A stretch of DNA of 64,000 nt from an uncultured Clostridia bacterium (GCA_963558405.1 CAUWGC010000008.1:20418-84417), one strand, 5' to 3'; positions 10,364 to 21,033 are shown, numbered from the stretch's first letter. The notes: a model not told the origin generated them from the sequence alone. Program-made: numbers and translations.

Positions 10364-12091
10364 TTAATTTTCTACTTCTATTTTTGGGTCTACATATAAT
10401 GTTTTATTTCCAGTATAAATTACCATACCGGGTTTACTACCAGAAGGCTTTTTAACATTAGCTACAGGGCAAAAATCAACTGGTACATTAGAAGATTGTT
10501 TTGCTTTACTATAATATGCAGCTAATTTAGCACATCTTTCCAATACACTAGTAGAAGGTGTTTTACCGTCTACCTTTAGTATAACATGGCTTCCGTGAAA
10601 ATCTTTTACATGGAACCATATATCATTTTTTTTAGCAAGTTTTGTTGTTAGGTAATCATTTTGTTTATTATTTTTACCAACTAAAACTGTAAAATCTTCA
10701 ATTTTATATTTATAAGGTTCACCAACTGTTATATTCATCTTTGTATTTACACGTGGATTATTTTTTATTTTTTTTACGGTATTTGTATTTTTGATGTTAC
10801 TTTCTATAACATCATTTTCAACCATTTCATCATAAATTTCTTCTATTTCTTTTATATTAGAGGCTGTTTCTAACTCATAGACAATACTTTCTAAATAATC
10901 AATTTCTTTTTTTGTTTCTTGCTTTTGTTTTTCCACTATTTCTAAGGTATTTTTTAATTTATGATATTTCTTAAAAAATGCTTTAGTGTTAGCTGAAGGT
11001 GAAATTTTATTATCTAATGGAATTGTTATCTCTTGGTTATCATAATAATTAAATACTGTAATTGAAGATGAATTTTCTTTTGGAATTTGATACAAATTAG
11101 CAGTTAAAAGTTCCCCGTAAATACGATATTTATCCATATCTTCGCACTCAGATAATTTTTGATTTATTCCATCTAATTTTTTTGAAAGTTTTTTTAATTT
11201 ACCAAGAATTAGTTTTAAGACATTGTTTCGATATTGTAACAATGTATCTTTTTCTTCCTTAGAAGTATAAAAATCATCTAAAAAGAAATTAACTAAAAGA
11301 GGAGAAGCATCATGTTTTTTTTCTATAACATAATCTTTTCCATCTGAAATTGGTATTAGTTCTACTTCTTTTTTAGTAATAGAAATAATTATATTTTTTA
11401 ATTCGTTATATAGTTTTTCTAAATTATCATAAGAAAAATCTGATAAATCTAATTTGCATATTAGATAATTTAATAATGACTTATTAAGTCCAGAAAATAC
11501 AGAAGAGATTTCAGAAAATGAATGTATCTCTCTTTCTTGTATAATATTATAAAACTCTAAAAAAGAAGAAACCTCTTGTAAGTCTATTTTTAAAATTGGT
11601 GGTAGAACATATTCTCTAGCAGGCAAAATATCTCTTAATGAATGTTCTTCTTTATCCAAATGACGCATACTGTCTATAATTTTATTGTTTTCGTTTAATA
11701 AAATTATATTACTATGCTTTCCCATAAGTTCAATCATTAGTTTTTTAGTAACAATATCATTTAATTCGTTATACCCTTCAAAAGTTATTTCTGTTATACG
11801 CTCTAAACCAAAACTGTTAATAAATGTAATTTTGGTACCTATTAAATGCTTTCTAAGTAACATGCAAAAATTAGGAGCAACAAATGGATTAGGCTTAGCA
11901 TTAGTAGTAAGATGCATAAAGCATTTATCTGACGCAATATTTATAACAAGAGCATAATTTTTACCACCAGAATAAATACCAAGCAAAATTTCATTTTTAG
12001 TTGGCTCAAAAATCTTTTGCACTTTACCACCAATAAGAACACTATTTAACTCTGACACAACAGCCTTTTGAACAAAACCATCAAACGCCAT
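10364..12091 (-). CDS. rqcH: RqcH/FbpA (NFACT) ribosome quality-control protein
   Basis: MAFDG start, FCMLLRKHL, ELMGKHSNIIL, VGKNNKQND, WFHVKDFHGSHV, KPGMVIY. Confidence 0.93.
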   Translation of the reverse strand: MAFDGFVQKAVVSELNSVLIGGKVQKIFEPTKNEILLGIYSGGKNYALVINIASDKCFMHLTTNAKPNPFVAPNFCMLLRKHLIGTKITFINSFGLERITEITFEGYNELNDIVTKKLMIELMGKHSNIILLNENNKIIDSMRHLDKEEHSLRDILPAREYVLPPILKIDLQEVSSFLEFYNIIQEREIHSFSEISSVFSGLNKSLLNYLICKLDLSDFSYDNLEKLYNELKNIIISITKKEVELIPISDGKDYVIEKKHDASPLLVNFFLDDFYTSKEEKDTLLQYRNNVLKLILGKLKKLSKKLDGINQKLSECEDMDKYRIYGELLTANLYQIPKENSSSITVFNYYDNQEITIPLDNKISPSANTKAFFKKYHKLKNTLEIVEKQKQETKKEIDYLESIVYELETASNIKEIEEIYDEMVENDVIESNIKNTNTVKKIKNNPRVNTKMNITVGEPYKYKIEDFTVLVGKNNKQNDYLTTKLAKKNDIWFHVKDFHGSHVILKVDGKTPSTSVLERCAKLAAYYSKAKQSSNVPVDFCPVANVKKPSGSKPGMVIYTGNKTLYVDPKIEVEN

Positions 12092-12153
12092 AAAACAACA
12101 TCTCCTAAATAAAAATATTTATTATTATATGATAAATAAGAAAAATATGCAAT

Positions 12154-12183
12154 ATGCCAAAAAGGTACGTCCCTATTGACACT
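12154..12183. repeat. Half copy of the REP-like palindrome family
   Basis: atgccaaaaaggtacgtccctattgacact, 28/30 identical to 5271-5300. Confidence 0.85.
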
Positions 12184-12278
12184 AAAATAGTTTATTAATA
12201 TAGTATTTTTTTAAAACTTATGATATACTAATGTCGAAATGGCGGAAGTAAAAAAATATAAGAAGGGAAGAGAAACAT

Positions 12279-12740
12279 ATGAATAATTTTATGAAAATTG
12301 CAAAAGAATGTGCAGAGTTTGGTGTAAGTAATAATCAAGGTGGTCCATTTGGAGCTGTAATTACTGATAAAGAAGGAAATATTATTGCTAAAGGCAATAA
12401 TATGGTACTAAAAAACAATGATCCAACAGCACATGCAGAGGTGACTGTTATAAGAGAAGCTTGCAAAAAGCTAGGTACATATGATTTATCAGGATATGTA
12501 TTATATACATCATGTGAGCCATGCCCAATGTGTTTATCTGCAATTATATGGTCAAATATAAAAGAGGTATATTATGCATGCACAAGAGAAGATGCTGGTA
12601 AAATAGGATTTAGAGACGATGTAATATATGAATATCTAGAAGGAAAAAATAAAAACTTAATAGAACTAAAACAAATAGATAGACAAGATTGCATAAAACT
12701 ATTTGAAGAATATGAGAAAAATAAAAAAACAATATATTAA
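12279..12740 (+). CDS. guaD: Nucleoside/guanine deaminase (cytidine-deaminase fold)
   Basis: GGPFGAVI, DPTAHAEV, SCEPCPMC, GFRDDVIY. Confidence 0.8.
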   Translation: MNNFMKIAKECAEFGVSNNQGGPFGAVITDKEGNIIAKGNNMVLKNNDPTAHAEVTVIREACKKLGTYDLSGYVLYTSCEPCPMCLSAIIWSNIKEVYYACTREDAGKIGFRDDVIYEYLEGKNKNLIELKQIDRQDCIKLFEEYEKNKKTIY

Positions 12741-12754
12741 ACAATGTAAGTAAT

Positions 12755-12811
12755 GACGTAGCATTTTGACAATATTTAAACTAATGTCAAAATGCTACGT
12801 CCCTATTTACA
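12755..12811. repeat. REP-like palindrome copy between convergent genes
   Basis: gacgtagcattttgaca / tgtcaaaatgctacgtc arms followed by cctatttaca. Confidence 0.8.
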
Positions 12812-12822
12812 TACCTTAACAT

Positions 12823-13683
12823 TTAATGAGTTTTTAAAATGTCTTTATTTGTAATTAGTCTATAAGTTCTACATAAATTACATTCTGTACAGATTTTAAT
12901 TCTATCATTAAAAATTAGTTTTAGTGTGTTTATAAATTCATCTTCAGGTTCAATTAAGTGAATTTCTATTTTATTTGGAATTAATGTAAGTAATGTATTT
13001 AATGCATAATCGTTTGCGGAAAAAGTAATATCAGATAAATATTTGGCATTAAAGGCATTATCAGAGATGTTTACAATGTTTTTGTCTTTGTCTAATAAAA
13101 TAGCTTCTCCATTTACATATATTAAGTGAATTAAATCAATTTCTGGTTCTTTGGAATTAATATATAACTTTAGTAAATTAATAAATTCAGAATATTCTCT
13201 TTCAATTAAAAATTTATTTACAGCAATATCAATTGTATAATCAATAACTTCTTTATATTTAGCTAGTCTAAAATTAACAAATCCATCTAATAAAATTGTT
13301 TTATTTTCTAATAAATAGGATAAAATAGAAATATAAAGATGTTCTTTACGAACAATAAATTCATCTTCTGGTCCAGAAAGAAGTTCTTTTGTATTTTTAG
13401 CTATTTGCTCTTGTTCAAAAGAATCAAAATAAAAGTAATTTAAACGTATAAGGGAAAGTATAATTGATTCTTCATAAAAATTTAAAATGCAATTACTAAT
13501 AGCTTTGGTAAGTAAAGCATAAAATTCTTTTTCTTCGTTTCCTTTATAATGTATAATTGTATTTTTATAATAACAAAATTTGTTTATAGAAAAATATACA
13601 TTTTTTAATGGTATATCTTTAAATTCTTTTAGTAGATAATTTAAAATATGTTCGTTATTAGTTTTTATACAAAAAGACTTCAT
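12823..13683 (-). CDS. ytxC: YtxC-like putative sporulation protein
   Basis: LDGFVNFRL, EREYSEFINLLKLY, IFNDRIKICTECNLC. Confidence 0.85.
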   Translation of the reverse strand: MKSFCIKTNNEHILNYLLKEFKDIPLKNVYFSINKFCYYKNTIIHYKGNEEKEFYALLTKAISNCILNFYEESIILSLIRLNYFYFDSFEQEQIAKNTKELLSGPEDEFIVRKEHLYISILSYLLENKTILLDGFVNFRLAKYKEVIDYTIDIAVNKFLIEREYSEFINLLKLYINSKEPEIDLIHLIYVNGEAILLDKDKNIVNISDNAFNAKYLSDITFSANDYALNTLLTLIPNKIEIHLIEPEDEFINTLKLIFNDRIKICTECNLCRTYRLITNKDILKTH

Positions 13684-13833
13684 CTTGTAAACTTGCTCCT
13701 TTCTAAAAGCTCTTAAGTAGTATTATCTACTAAAAATTCATTAGATATACATATTTTATTCATAAAGCTTAGTTTTGGAAACTTGTATTACATAGATAAA
13801 TTAAGTAAAAAATAAAACAGCTAAATAGCTGTT

Positions 13834-15423
13834 TTAATAATAAATCATATAATCAATATCTTTAAAAATTGCATCTTTTTCTTGTAAGTCTTTTAGAAAA
13901 TCTTTATTAATATTATCTGTTTTTATTTGTTCATATAGTTTTGTAAATCTTCCTATGTGGTCTTTTATTCGTTTTTTTGCGTAATCTACCATTGTTCCAT
14001 TTGTTATGATAAATAACCAGTCACTACTTTGGGCAAGTAGTAATTCTCTTGCACATTGATTTAAAGCTTCTTTTTTTAATTTGTCTTGTTCATTAGGAAA
14101 TAGGTGAGCAAGTTCTACCATTCTATCACCAGCAACATGCAAATGTCTATGTGCATAATCATTTGAAGGATTTAACCAAACTTCGCTATAACCATTAGCG
14201 CCCCAACTAGAACGACAAGGTGTTGCAATTTGCATATTAGGGAAGCGGTCAATATATTCACTTGGAGTAATAAGTTTAAAGTTATCCTGGTCAAAATGAA
14301 TTTTTTTAAACAAGATATATAACCAATATGGTCCTTCATACCACCAGTGTCCATAAAGTTCTGCATCATATGGACATAAAATAATAGGTGGGTTTTCCAT
14401 TAATGGTGCTAAATGATTTATTTGCTTTGTTCTACAATCTAAAAAGTGTCCAGCTTGTTTTTCGGCAGAATCTTTTGCCCATTGAACATCATAATAGTCT
14501 TTGTTTTCTGTTTTACCGGTTATTCTATAATATTTTATTCCTGTATTCACACGTACACCGTCATATGTTATATATGGTTTAATATAATCATAATCTGCTT
14601 CGTATCCAATATCTCGATAAAATTCACGATAATTAAAATCACCAGGATATCCATTAATACTGCTCCAAACTTGTCTAGAACTTTCAATATCACGACCAAA
14701 TGCAACAATTCCTCCATGTGATACAATAGGAGCAAAAGTACCATATATAGGAGCAGGGTCTGCATATAAAATCCCATGTGACTCTGTAATAATATATTCA
14801 ATTCCAAATTCTTTTAAATATTTATCTGCTTCTGGTACATATCCACATTCAGGAAGCCAAATTCCGCGTGGTTTTCTACCAAAATGCTTTTCATAAGTTT
14901 GCACACCAACGCCTATTTGTGCTTTTACAGTATTTTCGTTAACATAGAGAATAGGGAAATATCCATGTGTAGCACCACAAGTAATAATTTCCAAAACTCC
15001 AAGTTCTTGAAAATGCTTAAATCCTGTAATAATGTTACAATTATAAACATCTTTAAAAATGTGTAAATCGTTTGTATAACGGTCTAAATAATAATGTGAA
15101 AGCCTATTTACACGTTCATCATAAACAGTTCTTTTTACTTCTTTTTCACAAAGTTCAATATGCTTTTTTAAATACTTAATGTAACGTTTTTGAAGTAATG
15201 GACTTGCAAGCATTTCCAAAAGGGGAGGAGTCATAGTCATCGTAATACGAAAATCTACGCCTTCCTCCACTAATTTTTGAAAAGAAAGTAATAAAGGTAT
15301 ATATGTTTCAGAAATAGCTTCATATAGCCATTCTTCTTCTAAATAATTTTCACTCTCTGGATGGTGAACAAATGGTAAATGTGCATGTAGTACAAAACTA
15401 ACATATCCTTTTGGTTGGTTCAT
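13834..15423 (-). CDS. GH57 family 1,4-alpha-glucan branching enzyme (DUF1957)
   Basis: LHAHLPFV, EEWLYEAISETYIP, GIWLPECGY, PYDAELYGHWWYEG, ELLLAQSSDW. Confidence 0.93.
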   Translation of the reverse strand: MNQPKGYVSFVLHAHLPFVHHPESENYLEEEWLYEAISETYIPLLLSFQKLVEEGVDFRITMTMTPPLLEMLASPLLQKRYIKYLKKHIELCEKEVKRTVYDERVNRLSHYYLDRYTNDLHIFKDVYNCNIITGFKHFQELGVLEIITCGATHGYFPILYVNENTVKAQIGVGVQTYEKHFGRKPRGIWLPECGYVPEADKYLKEFGIEYIITESHGILYADPAPIYGTFAPIVSHGGIVAFGRDIESSRQVWSSINGYPGDFNYREFYRDIGYEADYDYIKPYITYDGVRVNTGIKYYRITGKTENKDYYDVQWAKDSAEKQAGHFLDCRTKQINHLAPLMENPPIILCPYDAELYGHWWYEGPYWLYILFKKIHFDQDNFKLITPSEYIDRFPNMQIATPCRSSWGANGYSEVWLNPSNDYAHRHLHVAGDRMVELAHLFPNEQDKLKKEALNQCARELLLAQSSDWLFIITNGTMVDYAKKRIKDHIGRFTKLYEQIKTDNINKDFLKDLQEKDAIFKDIDYMIYY

Positions 15424-15465
15424 TTTTTTCTCCTTTTTAGTTTTATTTTATCTGTTGTATAATTT

Positions 15466-16347
15466 TTATTTAAAAGTTGAAGAAGGATTGTTAGATGATG
15501 GATTATTAAGAAAATCATTAAATTCTTCTACATCTTCTTTTTGATAAATTTTTTGGTACATTTCATAAATATTATAAATACCGCCAATTCGTTTTATAAA
15601 TGCAAGAGTTCCAATATCTTTTTGAGTTACTGAATTTGTTTTTATATCTTTAAAAAATACAGAGCCAGTAGATTTTTCAAATAAAATATGGTCGTTTGGT
15701 GTTTCTAACTTATTAGAAGAAGAAACATATAAGTAGTTATTTGGAATATGTACTTGATCAGAAATAGGACGTCTTCCAAGTTCTATTGTATAAGTACATT
15801 TTGAATCATTTAAATGAAGATACCAACTATTTGCAAAATCATTAATAGGAACTTCAAAAGCATAATTCATTGTATCATTATGAACTATAAGAACAGGTCT
15901 TGTAGTCTCAAAAAAGTTTTGACCATATTTTGATATATAATTATTTCTATCCTCATCAGAAATATCCCAATACACAAACATAGTATTAGGAGTTTGCGCC
16001 AAAATTTTTACAATAGTTTGGTTATAACGATAAGGAAGATCATAATACTCTAAAATATCAATTTTAGAAGTTTTTTTAGAAGTTCTTTTTGGTGTAGTAG
16101 TAGTTACTTTTTTTGCAGCTACTTTTGTACTTTTTTTAGTTGATTTAGAAGAAGACTTTTTAGTAGTCTTGGCTGATACTTTTTTTGTTGGATTAGTATT
16201 TTTTTTTGCAGAAGTTTCCTTTTTTACCGTACTTTTTTTAGTTTTAGAAACAGCACTACTTTTAGCCTTAGTATTTTTGGAAACATTAGAGGTATTTACC
16301 TTTTTTTCTTTTAAAGTATCAGTTTCTTTTGTTTTTCTACTTGGCAT
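15466..16347 (-). CDS. DUF4912 domain protein with Lys/Ser/Thr-rich N-terminal tail
   Basis: LPYRYNQT..LAQTP..FVYWDI..SWY motif; adjacent to GH57. Confidence 0.8.
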   Translation of the reverse strand: MPSRKTKETDTLKEKKVNTSNVSKNTKAKSSAVSKTKKSTVKKETSAKKNTNPTKKVSAKTTKKSSSKSTKKSTKVAAKKVTTTTPKRTSKKTSKIDILEYYDLPYRYNQTIVKILAQTPNTMFVYWDISDEDRNNYISKYGQNFFETTRPVLIVHNDTMNYAFEVPINDFANSWYLHLNDSKCTYTIELGRRPISDQVHIPNNYLYVSSSNKLETPNDHILFEKSTGSVFFKDIKTNSVTQKDIGTLAFIKRIGGIYNIYEMYQKIYQKEDVEEFNDFLNNPSSNNPSSTFK

Positions 16348-16511
16348 TTTGTATTTCCTCCTTAGTAAAAATAAATAATTCCTTTATATACTATATCAAA
16401 ACTAAAATAATTACAAGAGGAAAAAGAAAGATTTATGTATTTTTTTAGAATAAAAACAACCTTCTAAAAATATAAAAATGGAATATACTTTTTAAAAAGG
16501 AGGTAGTACGT

Positions 16512-16906
16512 ATGGAAAAAACAATAGAAGAAAATAAAACTGAAAATATGCTTAGAATATTAAAACGGTAGTTTAATATCAATTGTAACAACACTAATTG
16601 CACTAGTTATATTTTCAGCTATTTTAACTTATACAAATACACAAGAAGAAATTATACTTCCAGTAACTATAGCAATTACAGCTATTAGTATTTTAATGGG
16701 AAGTCTTATAATGTCATCTAAAATAAAGAAAAATGGAATTATTAATGGAGGAGTAATTGGATTTATTTATATTTTACTAATATATTTAATATCTAGTATA
16801 ACAGGAGTAGGTTTTTCAATAAATATAAATTCAATTATAATGATAATATGTGCGAGTATTAGCCGGAATGGTAGGAGGAATAATTGGGGTAAATATAAAG
16901 AAATAA
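16512..16906 (+). CDS. TIGR04086/DUF3792-like membrane protein, read through two CGG +1 shifts (C16566, C16864)
   Basis: SD aggaggt + ATG 16512; shifts give LK-GSLISIV...KKNGIINGG...SIS-GMVGGIIGVNIKK*. Confidence 0.8.
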
Positions 16907-16909
16907 TAA

Positions 16910-16977
16910 TGTCAGAATGGACGTATTTTATTGACATAGTTTGTAATCCATGTCAATAATGTACGTCCCCTCTGACA
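16910..16977. repeat. Degenerate REP-like palindrome copy
   Basis: tgtcagaatggacgtattttattgacat...atgtcaataatgtacgtcccctctgaca. Confidence 0.75.
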
Positions 16978-17062
16978 ATCTCTTACACTTCTTAAAAAAT
17001 ATTTTCAAAAATAGTTGCTATTTTTTATTTTTTGGGATAGAATCTAAAAACGGAGGGGAATT

Positions 17063-17722
17063 ATGATTACTTTAGAAGATATAAAAAATAATGAAGAAGT
17101 AGCAGAGCTTATTGTTAGTTCTCAAAAACAATTAAATGCTTTGGGTTATACAGAACATTCTATTAGGCATATTTCCATTGTTTCTAAACGAGCAGGCGAA
17201 GTATTAGAAACATTAGGATACAGTAAAGATAGAGTAGAACTTGCTAAAATTGCTGGATATTTGCATGATATAGGTAACTGTGTAAACAGAGTTGACCATG
17301 CACATTCTGGGGCTATTTTAGCATATCAAATTTTAAAAGATATGGGAATGAATGCAAAAGATAGAACCGAAATAATGATGGCAATAGGAAATCATGATGA
17401 ACAAACTGGAACAGCTGTTAGTGATATTTCTGCGGCATTAATTTTGGCGGACAAGTCTGATGTACATCGTGACCGTGTTGTTAATACAAATATGTCTACA
17501 TTTGATAAACATGATAGAGTAAATTATGCGGTAACTAATGCTGATTTAAAAATAGATGCAGAAAATAGAAAAGCTACATTAAAATTAACAATTGACACTA
17601 AAATATGTCCAGTATTAAATTATTTTGAAATATTTATGGATAGAACTATGATGAGTAAATACGCAGCAAAATATTTAAAAATATGGTTTGAACTAATTAT
17701 TAATGATACAAAATTATTGTAA
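17063..17722 (+). CDS. HD-domain phosphohydrolase
   Basis: GYTEHSIRH, YLHDIGN, AIGNHDE, LILADKSDVHR. Confidence 0.88.
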   Translation: MITLEDIKNNEEVAELIVSSQKQLNALGYTEHSIRHISIVSKRAGEVLETLGYSKDRVELAKIAGYLHDIGNCVNRVDHAHSGAILAYQILKDMGMNAKDRTEIMMAIGNHDEQTGTAVSDISAALILADKSDVHRDRVVNTNMSTFDKHDRVNYAVTNADLKIDAENRKATLKLTIDTKICPVLNYFEIFMDRTMMSKYAAKYLKIWFELIINDTKLL

Positions 17723-17751
17723 TAAATAAAAAAATAAGGGAGGAAAACATT

Positions 17752-19128
17752 GTGAAAAAAGCAGGAAAAATAGTTAGCATATTAACAATTTTACTTACTA
17801 TTGTATTAATTTCTATTTTGTCATTTGGAGGTTTATATGTAAAAAAACAAAATAGAATGGACAACATTTTACCAGATTATTTATTAGGAATTGATTTAAA
17901 TGGAGGAAGAGAAGTTCATTTAAAAATTGATGATACTACAAATGAAGTAGTATATGATAAAGACGGAAAAATAATAGAAAGTCCAACAGATGAAGATAAA
18001 GAAAACAAGGAAAATAAAGTAGAAAATATTCCAGTAAACAAACAAGAAAGTTTAACTGCAGAAAATTTTGAAAAATCAAAAGAAATAATAGAACAAAGAA
18101 TAATAAACGCTGGAATTACAGACTATAAAGTTAGACAATTAGGAAATGGAGATATATTTTTAACATTACCAGAATATGAGGGAACTGACAACTTGCTTTC
18201 TGCAATTTATACTGTAGGTAAATTTGAAATACTAGATGCAGATACAAAAGAAGTATTATTAGATGATACTTATATTTCAAGTTCTAGAGTTGGTTATGGA
18301 AATGATACTACAGGAGCAACTAATATTTATTTAACAATTGAATTTAACAAAGAAGGTACAAAAAAATTAAAAGAAATTAGTAAAACATACGTATCTAGTA
18401 AAAATGATAAGGGAGAAGATACTACTAAAAAAGTATCTTTAGAAATAGATGGAGAAGAGTTGTTATCAACTTACTTTGGACAAACTATTACAACAGGACA
18501 ATTGCAATTAACAATAGGAAGCAGTGCTAGTAGTTCTGGAACATTAGACCAAGCACTATTACAAGGTTCAAACTTAGCACTATTATTAGATTGTGGTAAA
18601 TTACCATTAACTTATAAAATAAGTGAACAAAAATATATAGCAAGTGATATAACATCAGAAATAGTTACAACATTGTTATATGTTGCAATTGCTATTGCAA
18701 TAATTATTTTAATAGGATTAACTTTATGCTTTAGAACAAGAGGACTATATTTAGGATTAGCAAATATTGGTTATGTTGCATTATTACTTTTAGTTTTACG
18801 TTTTACAAATGTAAATATAACAATATTAGGTGTGCTAGGAATAATATTAAGTGCAGTGTTAACTTTAGTGTTAAGTAGTATGTTAGCAGTAAAAATGAAA
18901 AAAACAGAAAAATTAACAAAAGAAGCATTTATGAATTTAGAAAAAAATACTTTAATCTCTTTTGTAATGGTATTAATACCAATTGCAATACTTGCAGTTG
19001 TAAGTTGTTTTGCAAATTACTTACCATTAATAAGTCTTGGAATGATATTATTCTGGGGAATGTTAGTTATTGTTATTTATTATATATTTATTATAAGAAA
19101 TTTACTTATAAGTACTATAAAAGAATAG
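17752..19128 (+). CDS. SecD-like protein-export membrane protein (divergent)
   Basis: LGIDLNGG motif, large extracytoplasmic domain, GKLPL, five C-terminal TMs. Confidence 0.75.
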   Translation: MKKAGKIVSILTILLTIVLISILSFGGLYVKKQNRMDNILPDYLLGIDLNGGREVHLKIDDTTNEVVYDKDGKIIESPTDEDKENKENKVENIPVNKQESLTAENFEKSKEIIEQRIINAGITDYKVRQLGNGDIFLTLPEYEGTDNLLSAIYTVGKFEILDADTKEVLLDDTYISSSRVGYGNDTTGATNIYLTIEFNKEGTKKLKEISKTYVSSKNDKGEDTTKKVSLEIDGEELLSTYFGQTITTGQLQLTIGSSASSSGTLDQALLQGSNLALLLDCGKLPLTYKISEQKYIASDITSEIVTTLLYVAIAIAIIILIGLTLCFRTRGLYLGLANIGYVALLLLVLRFTNVNITILGVLGIILSAVLTLVLSSMLAVKMKKTEKLTKEAFMNLEKNTLISFVMVLIPIAILAVVSCFANYLPLISLGMILFWGMLVIVIYYIFIIRNLLISTIKE

Positions 19129-19140
19129 GAGGATGAAAAA

Positions 19141-19809
19141 ATGGAAAATAAAAATAAAAGTAAAATAGTAATCTGGGTTATAATTGCAATCATCCTTTTA
19201 GCTGGTGTGTTTATAAGATTTACAAAAGGATTTGCGTATGATTTTGAATATAAAGAGCATACGAGAATAGATTTTTATATTGGAAAACAGTTTGAAATGT
19301 CAGAAATAAAAAGTATTACAAACGAAGTATTTGGAGATAGAAAAGTCGTTTTAAGAAGAGTAGAAGCATTTGAAGATATGGTAGCAATTAGTGTACCAAA
19401 TGCTTCAGAAGATGAAATAAAATCTTTGATGGATAAAATAAACCAAAAATATGATTTGGATTATAAATACGAAGAAATAAATGTTGTACAAGAACCTAGA
19501 ACAGATAATTGGGACATGGTTAAACCATATGTAAAATCTATGGTAATATCAACTGTACTTATATTAGCATACTTAGCATTTCGTTATGCTAAATTAGGAA
19601 TTGTAAAAGTAGTAGGAAAAACAATAGGAAGTTTAGTATTAGCAGAAGCATTACTTTTAAGCGTAATTTGCATTACTAGATTACCAATAAATAGATTTAC
19701 AATACCAGCAGTATTTTTAGTATATGTAGGAATGTTAATATATCTTGTACTAGAATACGAAAATCTACGTAATAAAATAAAATTAGAAGAAAATAAAAAC
19801 AAAAAATAA
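19141..19809 (+). CDS. Short SecF-like membrane protein
   Basis: Follows the SecD-like gene; TM-loop-TM layout with YLAFRY. Confidence 0.65.
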   Translation: MENKNKSKIVIWVIIAIILLAGVFIRFTKGFAYDFEYKEHTRIDFYIGKQFEMSEIKSITNEVFGDRKVVLRRVEAFEDMVAISVPNASEDEIKSLMDKINQKYDLDYKYEEINVVQEPRTDNWDMVKPYVKSMVISTVLILAYLAFRYAKLGIVKVVGKTIGSLVLAEALLLSVICITRLPINRFTIPAVFLVYVGMLIYLVLEYENLRNKIKLEENKNKK

Positions 19810-19825
19810 AAGCGGACTTCCGCTT

Positions 19826-20794
19826 TTATTTTTTTATATTTGTTATTCTTTCTTCGTTATATCTATCAATAAAATATAAAGGTCTGCCTTTGGTTTCGTA
19901 AAAGGCACGTCCAAGGTATTCTCCAATAACTCCTAAAAAGATAAGCTGAATACCACCTAAAAATAAAATTACAACCATAGTAGAAGCATAGCCTGGTACT
20001 TCAACACCTTTTACTAATGTTTTAATAATAATAACTAACATATAAATAAAACCAGCAAGAGATGTAAGAACACCTAAAATAGCTGACCATCTTAAAGGAG
20101 ATGTAGTAAATGAAGTAATTCCATCAATAGATAAATCTACTAATTTTTTATAATTCCATTTAGTCTTTCCTGCAGCTCTAGGATCTCTATCATATAATAT
20201 TTCTTTTTTATTATAACCAATCCAGCTAAACAAACCTTTAGTATAACGTTGAGATTCACGTATTTGTTTTAAAGCTTCAACACATCTTCTATCCAAAAGA
20301 CGAAAATCACCTGTATCTTTTTGAATTTCTACTTTTGTCATACTTTGCAATACTTTATAGTACATTTTAGAAGTGAATTTTTTAAGCCAAGTTTCTCCTT
20401 TACGTGATTTTCTTTTTGCATAAACATCATCATAACCTTGTTCCCAATATTTAAGCATTTCTGGAATAAGTTCTGGTGGATCTTGCAAATCTGCATCAAT
20501 AATAATAACACAATCACCCTTTGCATAATCTAAACCAGCAATCATTGCAGTTTCTTTACCAAAATTTCTAGATAAACTTAAATAACAAAATCTTTTATCT
20601 TTTTCTCTTAATTCCTGCATAATAGAAAAAGTTTTATCTTTACTTCCATCATTAACCAACAAAATTTCAAAATCATATGCTGTATTAGAATCCATTAAAG
20701 CCTTTAAACGGTCATAAAGCATACCAAGAACAGCTTCTTCGTTATATGCTGGAACTAGTATAGTAACAAGTTTTTTATTAGTATTCTCGTCCAT
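19826..20794 (-). CDS. GT2 glycosyltransferase, GtrB/YkoT-like bactoprenol glycosyltransferase
   Basis: VPAYNEE, VNDGSKD, SRNFGKE, DADLQDPPE, two C-terminal TMs, RPLY. Confidence 0.92.
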   Translation of the reverse strand: MDENTNKKLVTILVPAYNEEAVLGMLYDRLKALMDSNTAYDFEILLVNDGSKDKTFSIMQELREKDKRFCYLSLSRNFGKETAMIAGLDYAKGDCVIIIDADLQDPPELIPEMLKYWEQGYDDVYAKRKSRKGETWLKKFTSKMYYKVLQSMTKVEIQKDTGDFRLLDRRCVEALKQIRESQRYTKGLFSWIGYNKKEILYDRDPRAAGKTKWNYKKLVDLSIDGITSFTTSPLRWSAILGVLTSLAGFIYMLVIIIKTLVKGVEVPGYASTMVVILFLGGIQLIFLGVIGEYLGRAFYETKGRPLYFIDRYNEERITNIKK

Positions 20795-21033
20795 AATAAC
20801 CTCCGATTTTTTTAAAATATACTATACTTATATCATAAAACGACAAAATAGTAAAGAATTTGAGAAAATTGGATATTGGAATTAAAATATGTTGGATAAG
20901 AAAATAGAAAATTTATAAGTAATATTAAATTTTAATTTTTTTCAAAAAAAGTGGTATAATACTAATAAATTTAACAGATGATATTATAGCGAATAAAAAT
21001 TAGATTTTATTAAAAAAATTTATAAAATCATAT

